From contig CAVQGX010000022.1 of the NCBI GenBank assembly GCA_963712115.1, positions 32,001 to 96,000 on the forward strand: 64,000 bases of DNA. Direction: 5' to 3'. The notes beneath the pieces were generated by a model. It had not been told where the DNA came from and did no database searches. It was given only the letters and a program-made list of their open reading frames with translations. The position numbers and the translations under genes are program-made. Shown in pieces: positions 51,081 to 61,188 of the stretch. Position 1 is the stretch's first letter; the number at the start of each line of letters is the position of its first letter. The stretch is from an uncultured delta proteobacterium. GTDB lineage: Bacteria > Desulfobacterota > Syntrophobacteria > BM002.

Positions 51081-52727
51081 TTAGCTTTCAAATTTTGCCG
51101 CGATTGGCATTCTCCTGCCAGAGCCAAAAGCCTTAGATGTAACCTTTAATCCAGGCGGCCCTTGTCGACGTTTATACTCGTTTCGATCAACTGCCCGAAT
51201 CACCCAGCTTACTGTCTCGGGTTGGAAGTCAAGACGAAGAATATCATCAATTGAGTAATGCTCGTCCAAGTAGTAATGGAGAATCTGATCAAGGACCTCA
51301 TAGGGGGGCAGAGTGTCTTGATCGGTCTGATTCTCTTTCAATTCAGCTGTTGGAGCCTTGTTGATGATATCTTGGGGTATGACAGGGGATCGCCTGTTAA
51401 TGTATCCCGCCAGTTCATAAACCATGGTCTTAGGTACATCGGATATGACACTGAGACCGCCGCTCATATCGCCATAAAGTGTGCAATAGCCTACTGCCAG
51501 TTCACTTTTGTTACCAGTGGAGAGCACCAGATGGCCGAATTTGTTTGACAGTGCCATGAGAATGTTGCCCCGAATCCTGGCCTGAATATTCTCCTCAGTA
51601 ATATCAGCCTCTCTTCCTTTTAAATGAGGCCGGAGAGATTTAATGTAAGCTTCATAGATGGGAGAAATAACCACTGTCTCGAATTTGATGCCAAGGTTGC
51701 CAGCGAGTTTCTTGGAATCTTCAACGCTTCCAGGTGAAGAATAAGGTCCCGGCATAGTGACGGCCACAACGTTGTCACCACCCAGGGCCTCCGCAGCAAT
51801 ACAGCAAGTGACCGCAGAGTCGATGCCACCTGAAAGACCTAGAATAGCACTATTAAAACCGCACTTGATCATATAGTCTTTTACGCCCAGAACCAAGGCC
51901 TGGTAAACAGATTCAATTTCTTCTTGCGGTTCATAGGTAGTTGTTACTTCAGCTTGGTCGAGGGAAATAGTCTGTATGTGCTCCTGGAAGGGGGGGAAAA
52001 CCGCAATGGGGTCGCCAGCTCCGTCTACGCAAATGGACCTACCATCAAAGATTAGCTCATCATTGGCTCCCACTTGATTGACGAAAACAAATGGGATTCG
52101 GTGCCTGCGGGCATGACTTTGAACGATATTGTACCTGAGTCTTTCTTTGCCGCGATAAAAAGGGGATGCAGCAAGGTTAATTATCAGGTTGGCGCCCCTC
52201 TTTGCCATAGCTTCGATGGGATCACGATGGTAGGTCCGCCGGGGCCATAAGGCCGGATCGTTCCAGGCGTCCTCACAAACGGATATGCCCAGGACGCTAT
52301 CTTTGAATTTCACCACGGGATCCTCAAGCCCTGGTTCGAAGTACCTTGGTTCGTCGAAGACATCGTAGGTGGGCAACAAAGATTTGTGGTGGGTGAAAAG
52401 GAGTCCTCCTTGATAGATCAGTAGGGCAGAGTTATGGATACCCTTTCCGGTTGGCTGCTGGCTGGGTTGAGGCGCGCCAACAATGATTCCCGTTTGGTTA
52501 AAATTTTGGGAGATTTTTAATAGTTCTTCAATTGCCGCCTGAGTTCTGGCGATAAATGAGGGTCTCTCCAAGAGGTCTCTGGGTGGATAGCCAACGAGAA
52601 AAAGCTCTGGGAAAATAACCAGGTCAGGCGAATCTTTGCTGCACTCAGACAGGGTCTTCTCAACCTTGGCCAGGTTGCCCTGAATGTCGCCAATAGTCGG
52701 ATTCAATTGTGCCAGGGTCAATTTCAT
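51081..52727 (-). CDS. nadE: Glutamine-dependent NAD+ synthetase
   Basis: FPEL..GYPP, K.LLPTYDVFDE, CED, GLSGGIDS, ENIQAR, TGNKSE, EYKRRQ. Confidence 0.96.
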   Translation of the reverse strand: MKLTLAQLNPTIGDIQGNLAKVEKTLSECSKDSPDLVIFPELFLVGYPPRDLLERPSFIARTQAAIEELLKISQNFNQTGIIVGAPQPSQQPTGKGIHNSALLIYQGGLLFTHHKSLLPTYDVFDEPRYFEPGLEDPVVKFKDSVLGISVCEDAWNDPALWPRRTYHRDPIEAMAKRGANLIINLAASPFYRGKERLRYNIVQSHARRHRIPFVFVNQVGANDELIFDGRSICVDGAGDPIAVFPPFQEHIQTISLDQAEVTTTYEPQEEIESVYQALVLGVKDYMIKCGFNSAILGLSGGIDSAVTCCIAAEALGGDNVVAVTMPGPYSSPGSVEDSKKLAGNLGIKFETVVISPIYEAYIKSLRPHLKGREADITEENIQARIRGNILMALSNKFGHLVLSTGNKSELAVGYCTLYGDMSGGLSVISDVPKTMVYELAGYINRRSPVIPQDIINKAPTAELKENQTDQDTLPPYEVLDQILHYYLDEHYSIDDILRLDFQPETVSWVIRAVDRNEYKRRQGPPGLKVTSKAFGSGRRMPIAAKFES

Positions 52728-52781
52728 TTTACCCACCCATCCATTGTTCAATTATCTAGTCTTTATTCGGAAACCCTACAT

Positions 52782-52854
52782 TGTCATCCTGAGCACAGCG
52801 AAGGATCTCGAGATTCTTCGTCGTCCCGCCACGGCGGGACTCCTCAGAATGACA
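52782..52854. repeat. TGTCATCCTGAG...CTCAGAATGACA palindromic element
   Basis: Terminal inverted repeats with an inner GTCCCGCCACGGCGGGAC hairpin. Confidence 0.75.
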
Positions 52855-52886
52855 ATCAAAAAGAGGGGTTTCCAGATGGACACTAT

Positions 52887-53345
52887 CTAGTAACCGGATT
52901 TCTTTGCTGTCATGCTTTCGATTTCAACCTTTATAACTAAAGTATTATTGATTGCGGCCTCAGAATAATCGTAGGTTCCGCCGGAATAGTGTTCCATAAT
53001 TGCATTTAAGCCCGCTTTTTTCTCTTGGATGTCCTCAACAATCGAGGCTTTGCCAAATCCTATGACGCTCCGGTATTTCATCCCCCACTTGCACCCTTCC
53101 TCGTCTGCGACAACTTCATGATCCAAGTCGAATTCGAAACACACCTTGCTATTTTTCCTCAGTATTTCGATCTTTTTACCCTCGGGGGCGGAATGGAAAT
53201 ACAAGGTGCTATCCTTAAAGCCAAAGCTGAGCGGCACAATATATGGCCGGTTTTCTTCTGACAAGCCGAGCCGACAGACAAGAGATCTGCGGACGATCTG
53301 CTCAATTTCAGCAAGCTCGTCTATTGCTTTGTCTTTCCTTCTCAT
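52887..53345 (-). CDS. Pyridoxamine 5'-phosphate oxidase / NimA family protein
   Basis: MRRKDK, PYIVPL, YFHSAPEGKK, VCFE, YRSVIGFG. Confidence 0.9.
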   Translation of the reverse strand: MRRKDKAIDELAEIEQIVRRSLVCRLGLSEENRPYIVPLSFGFKDSTLYFHSAPEGKKIEILRKNSKVCFEFDLDHEVVADEEGCKWGMKYRSVIGFGKASIVEDIQEKKAGLNAIMEHYSGGTYDYSEAAINNTLVIKVEIESMTAKKSGY

Positions 53346-53397
53346 GCCATGCTTTTTGTTCAAAGCTTTAATCCCCTTACCCGATCCCCTACACGGA

Positions 53398-54399
53398 TCA
53401 ACTGGCCAAGTCCACAATTACCCTACCTTTTTGTTTGCCGGCTAAGATGCGATCAATTTCACCATCCAACTCCTCAAGGGAACACAGGGAAGTCTGTCGA
53501 TCCAGATCAGGCAGTTTCCATTCATTGGCAATTTTTTCCCAAGTCCTCTGCCGAATGCTCATTGAACAGCTCTGTGAATCAATCCCCACAAGAGAGATGC
53601 CCCTCAAGATGAAAGGGTAGACATTAATTGGTAAATCAGGCGATGCTACATTGCCGCAGCAAGTAACTGCTCCGTGCAGCTTGGTGGATCTGATGGCTGT
53701 TGATAGGATCTCACCCCCAACCGAGTCTACTACCCCGGCCCAGCGACCTTTCAAAAGGGGTTTGCCCGTGGTGTCGGTTGCCTCTGCCCTGGAGATGACT
53801 AGTTTGGCGCCAAGATCGATCAGGAACTGCTTTTCATCCATCTTGCCGGTAACTGCAACCACTTGATATCCGCTTTGGGCCAGCATGGCCACGGCAAAAC
53901 TGCCAACGCCACCAGTGGCGCCGGTAACTAATATCTCTCCTCGATCAGGGGTTATGCCATGCTCCTGCAGTTTAAGCAGGCAGAAACCGGCAGTAAGACC
54001 GGCTGAACCATAGGCCATGCTTGCCTTTAGTGACAGGTTCTCGGGAAGTGGCACCACCCAGGCAGCCGGCACTCTGATGTATTGTCCGAAGCCCCCGGGA
54101 GTGTTCATGCCAAGATCGTAGCTGGTGACAATCACTTCATCCCCAGGGTGAAATGCATCACTAAGGCTCTCTTCTACGACACCTGCGGCATCTACTCCCG
54201 GGGTGTGAGGATAATTCTTGGTCACTCCCCTGTGACCAGTGGCTGAAAGTCCATCCTTGTAATTTAAGGATGAATAGTGAACCTTGACCAATACCTCACC
54301 TTCAGGCAAGTCATCCAGAGATCTATGGGTTACCTTCCTGAGAAATTTTCCTTTCTCTGCTTCCTCCACTAACATTGCTCTAAAGGTCTTGACAGCCAT
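53398..54399 (-). CDS. YhdH/YhfP family quinone oxidoreductase (AcuI-like)
   Basis: YSSLNYKDGL, TPGVD, TGATGGVGS, PFILRG..L.GIDS. Confidence 0.92.
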   Translation of the reverse strand: MAVKTFRAMLVEEAEKGKFLRKVTHRSLDDLPEGEVLVKVHYSSLNYKDGLSATGHRGVTKNYPHTPGVDAAGVVEESLSDAFHPGDEVIVTSYDLGMNTPGGFGQYIRVPAAWVVPLPENLSLKASMAYGSAGLTAGFCLLKLQEHGITPDRGEILVTGATGGVGSFAVAMLAQSGYQVVAVTGKMDEKQFLIDLGAKLVISRAEATDTTGKPLLKGRWAGVVDSVGGEILSTAIRSTKLHGAVTCCGNVASPDLPINVYPFILRGISLVGIDSQSCSMSIRQRTWEKIANEWKLPDLDRQTSLCSLEELDGEIDRILAGKQKGRVIVDLAS

Positions 54400-54653
54400 A
54401 ATTTCTACCTATCTCAGAAAATAATGAACAGATAATTTGTCTAAAAATACCTTTGTTTCCAGATCAGTAGTTTTTCCCTGAGGCTGGCCCTCATGGGTGG
54501 AGCTTATTCTTGCAAAACCATACAGTCAAGAAATAGTTTCTCAGGCTTTAACTGCAGAGCAGATTATTGCAACCAGGTGAAAAAACTGGCATCATGACAA
54601 ATGGTCGTGAGTCAGAACCGAAGATAACTCATCCTCCAGCCAGCAAACTGATC

Positions 54654-55556
54654 ATGGATAATACTCTAAAGGAAGTAATATTCGGACCCATGCGGTTACC
54701 CTTTCTCATTTTGACTCCCGCCTGTGTTATGTTGGGTGCGGCTACGGCTGACTGGTCTGGAAGCCCCCTGAACTTCTATTACCTAGCTTTGGCATTAATC
54801 GGAGCGGTTGGCGCACACATAGGCGTGAACGCCCTTAATGAATATCACGATTTCGAAAGCGGTCTGGACTTCAACACTGCACCAACTCCCTTTAGTGGTG
54901 GCAGCGGCACCCTTCCAAAAAACCCCAATAAGTCTCACGTGGCATTAATTACGGGAATCGTCAGTATGGCTGTTACGGTTTTAGTAGGTATATATTTCCT
55001 CCGTGTTAGAGGCTTGTTGCTTCTGCCTGTTGGATTGTTAGGTCTTGTAACTATTGTCACCTATACAAAGTGGATTACAAGAAACGCTTTTCTATGTTTA
55101 ATTGCCCCAGGACTAGGTTTCGGTCCATTTATGGTGATGGGAACCGACTTCGTTCTAACAGGCACCTATTCCTGGACATCCTTTATTGCTTCCCTAGTTC
55201 CCTTCTTTCTAGTTAGTGACTTATTACTGCTCAACCAGTTTCCGGATATCGAAGCTGACAGAGGAGTGGGCAGACACCATTTTCCCATCGCCATAGGCAG
55301 AAAGGCCAGTGTGAGCCTTTACGCAGCATTCCTGGGATGCGCTTATGCCACAGTAATTATAGGGTATGCTGCCGGGAAGTTGCCCTCGGAGGGTTTTTTG
55401 GCCTTCGGCTCAACTATCTTCGCCATTCCCACGGTAAGAGGTGTTGCCAGGTTCGCAAATGATGTGCCTGAATTGATTCCCTATATGGGCCGGAATGTAG
55501 TAGTGATAATTTTGACGCCAGTGTTGCTGGCCATGGGTCTATTTATTGGACATTGA
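54654..55556 (+). CDS. UbiA/MenA family prenyltransferase
   Basis: MRLPFL, NALNEYHDFESGLD, FSGGSG, NQFPDIEAD; multi-TM; start uncertain (54567-54654). Confidence 0.88.
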   Translation: MDNTLKEVIFGPMRLPFLILTPACVMLGAATADWSGSPLNFYYLALALIGAVGAHIGVNALNEYHDFESGLDFNTAPTPFSGGSGTLPKNPNKSHVALITGIVSMAVTVLVGIYFLRVRGLLLLPVGLLGLVTIVTYTKWITRNAFLCLIAPGLGFGPFMVMGTDFVLTGTYSWTSFIASLVPFFLVSDLLLLNQFPDIEADRGVGRHHFPIAIGRKASVSLYAAFLGCAYATVIIGYAAGKLPSEGFLAFGSTIFAIPTVRGVARFANDVPELIPYMGRNVVVIILTPVLLAMGLFIGH

Positions 55557-55561
55557 GCATG

Positions 55562-56419
55562 TCATTTTTCTGGCGGGGTCAGCTCAATTTCAAATAGAAT
55601 GGGCCACAGTTTGCCAGTTACGAAAAGCCGATCATTCCTCTGGTCGTAGGCAATGCCGTTAAGCACATCTACAGGGTGAACAAGGTCCTCGGGCCTCAAG
55701 AGACCCCTCAGGTCTATCCAGCCCACAACTTCCCCCGTATCAGGAGAAATCTGCGCAATTTTGTCTGTTTGCCAAACATTTGCAAAGATCAGTCCTTGAA
55801 CATATTCCAATTCATTGAGATTAGACACGGGACCCTTCCGGTCATGGACTTTAATCAGGCCCATTTCTTTGTAGGTTTTGGGATGTAAGCAGTACAAAGT
55901 CGATGTACCATCACTCATAATTAGATGCTCACCGTCATGGGTGATGCCCCAACCTTCTGTGGGATAGTGAAATGTTTCAATTAACTGGAAGGTGTCTTTG
56001 TCGTAAACAAATCCAAGATTGGCTCTCCAGGTCAACTGGATCACCTTGTTGTGATAAACGGTTACGCCCTCCCCGAAAAAGTGTGCTGGCAGGTTCCTGA
56101 ACTGCAAAATACTGCCTGTGGCCAGATCAACTTTGCGCAAGCTGGACCGACCGCGAAGACCTGTTCCTTCAAATAAAAAACCATCCACAAAAACCAGTCC
56201 TTGGGTGAAGCCTTTAGGATCGTGCGGATAACGGTTAACGATCCTGTAGCCATGAGTGGGAGTCTGATCGACTGTCTTTTGCTCCAGGCGAATCTGTGAA
56301 GTTAGATTCTTTCGGCTGTTTTTCTCATTCCATTCCGGTGAAGCTGGGGAAAGTGGCATTAACCCTCCTAAGAGGAGAAGGATAAAAAAGGCACAAATGG
56401 CGATTAGAAAGCGATTCAT
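55562..56419 (-). CDS. Glutaminyl-peptide cyclotransferase
   Basis: YPHDP..FTQGL, FGEG, QLTW, EGWG, SDG, LNELE, VLNGIA, TGKLW; signal peptide. Confidence 0.94.
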   Translation of the reverse strand: MNRFLIAICAFFILLLLGGLMPLSPASPEWNEKNSRKNLTSQIRLEQKTVDQTPTHGYRIVNRYPHDPKGFTQGLVFVDGFLFEGTGLRGRSSLRKVDLATGSILQFRNLPAHFFGEGVTVYHNKVIQLTWRANLGFVYDKDTFQLIETFHYPTEGWGITHDGEHLIMSDGTSTLYCLHPKTYKEMGLIKVHDRKGPVSNLNELEYVQGLIFANVWQTDKIAQISPDTGEVVGWIDLRGLLRPEDLVHPVDVLNGIAYDQRNDRLFVTGKLWPILFEIELTPPEK

Positions 56420-56579
56420 TAGGTTCCCGGAAACCTGGTCCTTCCCCATAAAGCGGGATCTTCGATGGGCAAGGTCAGAGTTCACTGAGGTTTCAGTGTT
56501 CAGGTTTCAGCTTTTGTGTTATTCCTCCCTGACACCAGACACCTAAGACCCAGAGAATTAGTGCTTGTGTTTTGGGATT

Positions 56580-56915
56580 TCATAGCCCGGTCTGTTTAAA
56601 ACGATACACATAAATGGGATCGTTGTGCAAGGAATTACCTGGGCGTAAAACCCGCTCAGGACTGAAACCGGGTAAGTGGAAGTTGCATGAGACCACCAAA
56701 GCTCCGGGTTTGAGGTCTGCTTTCAGTTTAGCTGGGAGGTCTCTCATTACATCCGGAAAAAGGTAGCAAAACACAAGATCAGCGTCTGATAGATCTACAG
56801 TCCAGAAACTGCGCCACTTGATCTGAATGTTTTTGCGGCCAAAGCAAAGAAGTTTGGCTTTGACATAGGCTATTAAATTTAATTCGTATCCTACTGCTCT
56901 AACCCCATTTGACAA
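56580..56915 (-). pseudogene. C-terminal fragment of a SAM-dependent methyltransferase
   Basis: AVGYELN..DLSDADLVFCYLFP..LKPGALVVSCNF but no motif I glycine loop; the upstream gene ends only 12 nt away. Confidence 0.65.
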
Positions 56916-56927
56916 TAGGAATAGTGG

Positions 56928-57998
56928 TCAAGGTATCCGGCTCTTCCAATTTTGTTTGCGGGCGTAGAATTGGTAGAGTGCAACAGACCTGGGATCCAGG
57001 TTAGTCAAGCCCTCAACTACAGCCCAATCCATTGCTTCCAAGTATTCTTCAGCGGTAATGGCGCGCCAGATCTCTGGATGCTCATAGGCTTTATATTCCA
57101 CCCTGTACTGATGCATTATGTTGACATAGGTAGATTTTGGTAAAGCCTTGCCTACCCACTTCACAAACTTATCTGTTCCTGCCACTCGGTTGGGCATTAC
57201 TAAGTGACGTATCATGAGTCCGCGAAGGGCGATCCCGCGCTGGTCAACCAGGTGCTGTTTAACCTGACGGTTCATTTCGATAATAGCTTCTTTAGCTACT
57301 TCCGGGTAGTCAGATGCCCCGGCTGAATATTTTGCCGCTTTCTCACCGTCCATATATTTCAGGTCCGGCAGATAGATGTCCACAATACCGTCAAGGATTT
57401 TCAATATCTCCACCCGTTCGTAGCCACTTGTGTTGTAGACCAAAGGGATGCGGAGACCTTTTTTGTAAGCAATTCTCGTAGCATTGATAATGTTAGGCAT
57501 TACGTGAGTGGGGGTGACCAGGTTAATGTTATGGCAGCCGAGCTTCTGCAGATAGAGCATCATCTTCGCCAGGTCTTCGTCCTCTAATTCGCTACCCTGT
57601 CCCTCATGGGCGATGGGCCAGTTCTGACAGAACACACAGCGGAGGTTGCAGTTGGAGAAAAAAATAGTGCCGGAACCGCGTTCGCCAACCAAAGAAATCT
57701 CTTCGCCGAAGTGAGGCTGGGCAATGTAAACTACAACTTTCGCAGGGGCCCGACAAAAGCCGCGCTCGCCTTCCAGTCTATTTGCCCCACACTTACGAGG
57801 ACAGAGCTCGCACTCCTTGAAGAGTGAATAGGCCTGATCGATCCTCGGAGCCAATTGGCCTTCGCTTTCTAATTTGGCGTAGGCTGGATGGTAGCCTTGT
57901 TTTTCTCGGGACGAGGCAGAGAGAATGGTTCGGGGCAGGAAAAGCGAGCCGCCGAGCACTAGAGAGGTTTTAATGAATTCCCGGCGCGTGATCTTCAT
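56928..57998 (-). CDS. PflX-like radical SAM protein with a twin-arginine leader
   Basis: CELCPRKC, HFGEE, GSGTIFF, CNLRCVFCQN, NINLVTPTH, RHLVMP; N-terminal TRREFIK. Confidence 0.9.
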   Translation of the reverse strand: MKITRREFIKTSLVLGGSLFLPRTILSASSREKQGYHPAYAKLESEGQLAPRIDQAYSLFKECELCPRKCGANRLEGERGFCRAPAKVVVYIAQPHFGEEISLVGERGSGTIFFSNCNLRCVFCQNWPIAHEGQGSELEDEDLAKMMLYLQKLGCHNINLVTPTHVMPNIINATRIAYKKGLRIPLVYNTSGYERVEILKILDGIVDIYLPDLKYMDGEKAAKYSAGASDYPEVAKEAIIEMNRQVKQHLVDQRGIALRGLMIRHLVMPNRVAGTDKFVKWVGKALPKSTYVNIMHQYRVEYKAYEHPEIWRAITAEEYLEAMDWAVVEGLTNLDPRSVALYQFYARKQNWKSRIP

Positions 57999-58100
57999 AA
58001 ACAAAACTCTACCATCTTAGAATCATAACCGGAAGAGTTTTAACCCGGATGTTTGATGAATGGCCGTCGCGGGGTTGTAGGTAAAAAGAGTGAGCTGTTT

Positions 58101-58280
58101 TGGAGTACTGCAGTGAGTAAAAATTCCAAATAACAAATGACAAATTCCAAACAAATCACAATGACCAAAATTCAAAATTCGAAACTTGTTTCGGTCATTT
58201 GGTATTGTAATTTGAGATTTGTTTGTAATTTGGTGCTTGGAGTTTGGGATTTCATTACGCCATCATTCCAGTACTCCAGC
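58101..58280. repeat. Heptamer-built imperfect inverted repeat (MITE-like)
   Basis: TGGAGTACTG...CAGTACTCCA ends enclosing AAATTCCAAATAACAAATGAC... and its complement ...TTTGGTGCTTGGAGTTTGGGATTT. Confidence 0.7.
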
Positions 58281-58351
58281 ATACAGCCGCCCTAGAAAAA
58301 TACCATTGAAAACGGCTCTGAGGGTGGCTGAGTCCTTCGGGTCTGGAGTGT

Positions 58352-58582
58352 TTACTCTTCCCTTTGGTCCTGTTTTGAAATCTTTCGAGCTTTCTCGACC
58401 TCACCGGCGAGATCAATTGTTCCGCAGTCCAAACACATGCTTGCAACCACGGGTACGTATCCCGGGTACATGGTAAGAAAACGCGGATCTTCAAAGTGAA
58501 AGTGTATCCGACCTGTAGATTGAACCCGTCCAGACTCTAACTTGGAACCTCCACAACGGGAACAAGTATTCTCATCAGCCAT
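58352..58582 (-). CDS. Small zinc-ribbon protein
   Basis: CSRCG...CLDCG; GGGG RBS. Confidence 0.75.
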   Translation of the reverse strand: MADENTCSRCGGSKLESGRVQSTGRIHFHFEDPRFLTMYPGYVPVVASMCLDCGTIDLAGEVEKARKISKQDQREE

Positions 58583-58758
58583 AGTCCAACCCCTTTCTGT
58601 TAGCCCGGGTATTTAATGATGCAATTCATGAATGTCCGGGCTAGATAATTTTACTAATTGCTGCTTAACATCCTCACACATGAGATCCATGCAAAATTCA
58701 TCCCAAAGCGAGAGGGGGGGTGGGGGGTGGTGGATAGATTTTTTCACTGAGGTTGAGA

Positions 58759-59481
58759 TCATTGTTCCAACAACCAGACCCACTGTGCAGAGCTCCTGTG
58801 AATGAGATCGGGCCATATTTCCGAAGCGGACTTATCGAAGACAGTCTCTGCATCCGCCCTTAGCACATGCCAACCGCCGGTGGCAATCTCATTATCCAAT
58901 TGTCCAGGGGCCCAACCGGCATAACCGGCGTAAACCCGAAATCTCTCTTCGCCCTCAGGATTCTTGATCATCCGCTGGATCACCGCCTGAGATGAGCTGA
59001 GGTGTATGTCCTTAAATACAAGGCGAGACCCTTCAGGGGGACTGGAGGTTCTTATGATAAGCAGTAACTGATTCTTGGCCACTGGCCCTCCGAGGTAAAT
59101 AGTATCTGGTCGCTGCCGCAACACCTCTATTTCCGGTAGTACTGCCGAGAGCTTTAGCTCAGAAGGTCGATTGATTATTACCCCCATGGCGCCGTGTTGA
59201 TTGTATTCAATCAAGAGGACTACAGTTTCAGCGAACTGTGGGTCCAAAAGTTGTCTACTAGCTATAAGAAATCTCCCCTTTGACGGCTTGACCATAGGCC
59301 GAGACTGATTAGAAAGGTCGAAAATAATGGGGATCTGGAAAGGCAGAAACTGCGATCCAGCTCGCCCAAGAGAAGGCAAACCCATCCCGGCAGCGATCAA
59401 AAGGAAAACAGTGGCAAGTGAAATGGTAGCAAGTTGTGTTAGGATTTTACCGCTCTTATCAAAGGCAAGGTTTCTTCTCAC
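58759..59481 (-). CDS. YqgE/AlgH family protein with an N-terminal extension
   Basis: LIAS..DPQF..TVVL, GAMGVIINRP, YLGGPV, GYAGWAPGQL..EI..GGW. Confidence 0.9.
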   Translation of the reverse strand: MRRNLAFDKSGKILTQLATISLATVFLLIAAGMGLPSLGRAGSQFLPFQIPIIFDLSNQSRPMVKPSKGRFLIASRQLLDPQFAETVVLLIEYNQHGAMGVIINRPSELKLSAVLPEIEVLRQRPDTIYLGGPVAKNQLLLIIRTSSPPEGSRLVFKDIHLSSSQAVIQRMIKNPEGEERFRVYAGYAGWAPGQLDNEIATGGWHVLRADAETVFDKSASEIWPDLIHRSSAQWVWLLEQ

Positions 59482-59536
59482 AAGTTCCCCTAGATCGTTT
59501 GGCTGATTATAGGTAAAGCGGTGGCGTGCAACCCTA

Positions 59537-59956
59537 CTAATTGTCAGGTACTGGGGGTGGAGTGCTGCCTGATTTACCAGGGTCCCTTTCAGCTGTGATG
59601 GGACCTTTTATATCAAATGATTTTGCGTAGGCCTTGATAACATCAAACACTTGAATGGGGCCATAGAGGTTGAAAAGAGAATATATTACTGCAGGAAGAA
59701 TAGATTCTTCGCCGGTACTGAAAACCGAACTGAACAAGTCTATCATTTCTGCTCCAGTAAATGGACGCTCGTTAGTAATAAGCCCGGCGGCGGCCTTATC
59801 CATATAAAAGCACATGAAAATTACTTCTTCGCCGAGATTCTTTCTAAAGGACCTCATAATATCCTGACGGATTCTTACTTTTGTATCTTCCACAATTACC
59901 TCCCTAAAATCTGCTTTGAGAGCCTGCTGCTCACTTGTAATTAATAATTTTAACAC
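59537..59956 (-). CDS. Hypothetical protein
   Basis: 139-aa ORF in a minus-strand gene run; start uncertain. Confidence 0.55.
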   Translation of the reverse strand: MLKLLITSEQQALKADFREVIVEDTKVRIRQDIMRSFRKNLGEEVIFMCFYMDKAAAGLITNERPFTGAEMIDLFSSVFSTGEESILPAVIYSLFNLYGPIQVFDVIKAYAKSFDIKGPITAERDPGKSGSTPPPVPDN

Positions 59957-60065
59957 AGCAGTCTTATCCGGTCACAGTACCCACCAGTTCACCCCATATT
60001 ATTCTGGCAAGTAATCTTCCCGACGACTCCTTTTGCCCGGGGGCAATTCCCTTAAATGAAGCATC

Positions 60066-60581
60066 TTATTGGGCACTCTCTGACTTTTCCCAAGGTCTTA
60101 ATCGCGGTATCCATCGGGGAACGCGGGCTTTATATTTTAAGTACTCGTCTCCGAACCTTCTTTCGAGGCCTTTTTCCTCAACAAGGGGAAAATAAATTGC
60201 ATTACCAACAAAAAAAATAATCATCCATGCGGCTATTGGCCAGGAATGAAACAATAATGCCTCAGCCAAGAGCAGAAGTAGTGCTCCGGTTATCATGGGA
60301 TTTCTGCTGTAACGATATGGTCCAATAATAACCAGCTTTCTCGGGGGGTCCCAGGGAGCGGGAGTGCCGTCACCACACTTGGTGAAGAGATTTAAAGTCC
60401 AGACACACAAGGCAAACCCAATACTGGCTGCCAACAGAGCCAACCAAAATGAAATTTGACTGGGAGTTATTAACTTGGGAGGAAACCTCGAGTCTTTGGT
60501 AAGGAGCAGGATGATAGCGGGGATAAAAACGAGTACTGTGCCAGGCAACACGATAATAGTTCTCAGAAGTCCCCAGTTCAT
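60066..60581 (-). CDS. Isoprenylcysteine carboxylmethyltransferase / PEMT family protein
   Basis: GTPAPWDPP, GPYRYSRNPM, EE..L..RFG.EY..Y...VPRW. Confidence 0.9.
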   Translation of the reverse strand: MNWGLLRTIIVLPGTVLVFIPAIILLLTKDSRFPPKLITPSQISFWLALLAASIGFALCVWTLNLFTKCGDGTPAPWDPPRKLVIIGPYRYSRNPMITGALLLLLAEALLFHSWPIAAWMIIFFVGNAIYFPLVEEKGLERRFGDEYLKYKARVPRWIPRLRPWEKSESAQ

Positions 60582-60722
60582 ATTTGGACTCCTTGTCTAG
60601 TTAGAGCTGTCTTGACTAAGCCCTGTGAAGATGGGTCTGTCTCAGCGCCCCAAATTACACCCATTGATATTTCCGAGCATAGATCTCGGTGGTGCTTTTT
60701 TGTCGAATAACAAATTGATCAG

Positions 60723-61097
60723 CTATTTTTTATCCTTTAGCAAGGACGAGAGATCAGCGAAGGGTTTGTACTTAGGGGGTGTTTTTTCCTCAGCGGACGG
60801 AGTCTCGTCCTCATACCATTCCTGATCCAGATAGCGCGAGTGCTCATTGTCGTGACAGTAAAGACAGAGAAGCTCCCAGTTGCTTCCGTCAGGTGGGTTG
60901 TTATCGTGGTTGTGATCCTTATGGTGGACGGTGAGCTCACGAAGTTTCCTGCCAGAGAATTCACGCCCGCATCGGGCACAGATCCACGGGAAAATCTTCA
61001 GCGCTTGCTCCCGATAACCCTGCTCCCGCTTGCGCCGGGCCTCAGCGATGATCCGATCTAACCTGTCTTTTTCTGATTGCTTCTTCTTCGATTCCAT
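60723..61097 (-). CDS. yajD: YajD family HNH nuclease
   Basis: YREQALKIFPWICARCGREF...LTVHHKDHNHDNNPPDGSNWELLCLYCHDNEH. Confidence 0.93.
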   Translation of the reverse strand: MESKKKQSEKDRLDRIIAEARRKREQGYREQALKIFPWICARCGREFSGRKLRELTVHHKDHNHDNNPPDGSNWELLCLYCHDNEHSRYLDQEWYEDETPSAEEKTPPKYKPFADLSSLLKDKK

Positions 61098-61188
61098 GTG
61101 CTCACCTGTAAATTAGATTAAGCCTGCCTGCCGAGTTGAAGAGCAGTGAGTGGCTGTGCGCTAATGATCTCCCTTGTAAACAAATGGA

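Noticed and set aside
59957-59992. Upstream in-frame GTG AAC TGG TGG GTA CTG TGA CCG as a Sec-containing N-terminus
   Set aside because: No recognisable redox motif or SECIS; deleting one base gives a more natural start (VGTVTDKTAVLK) behind a GGGGTGA RBS.
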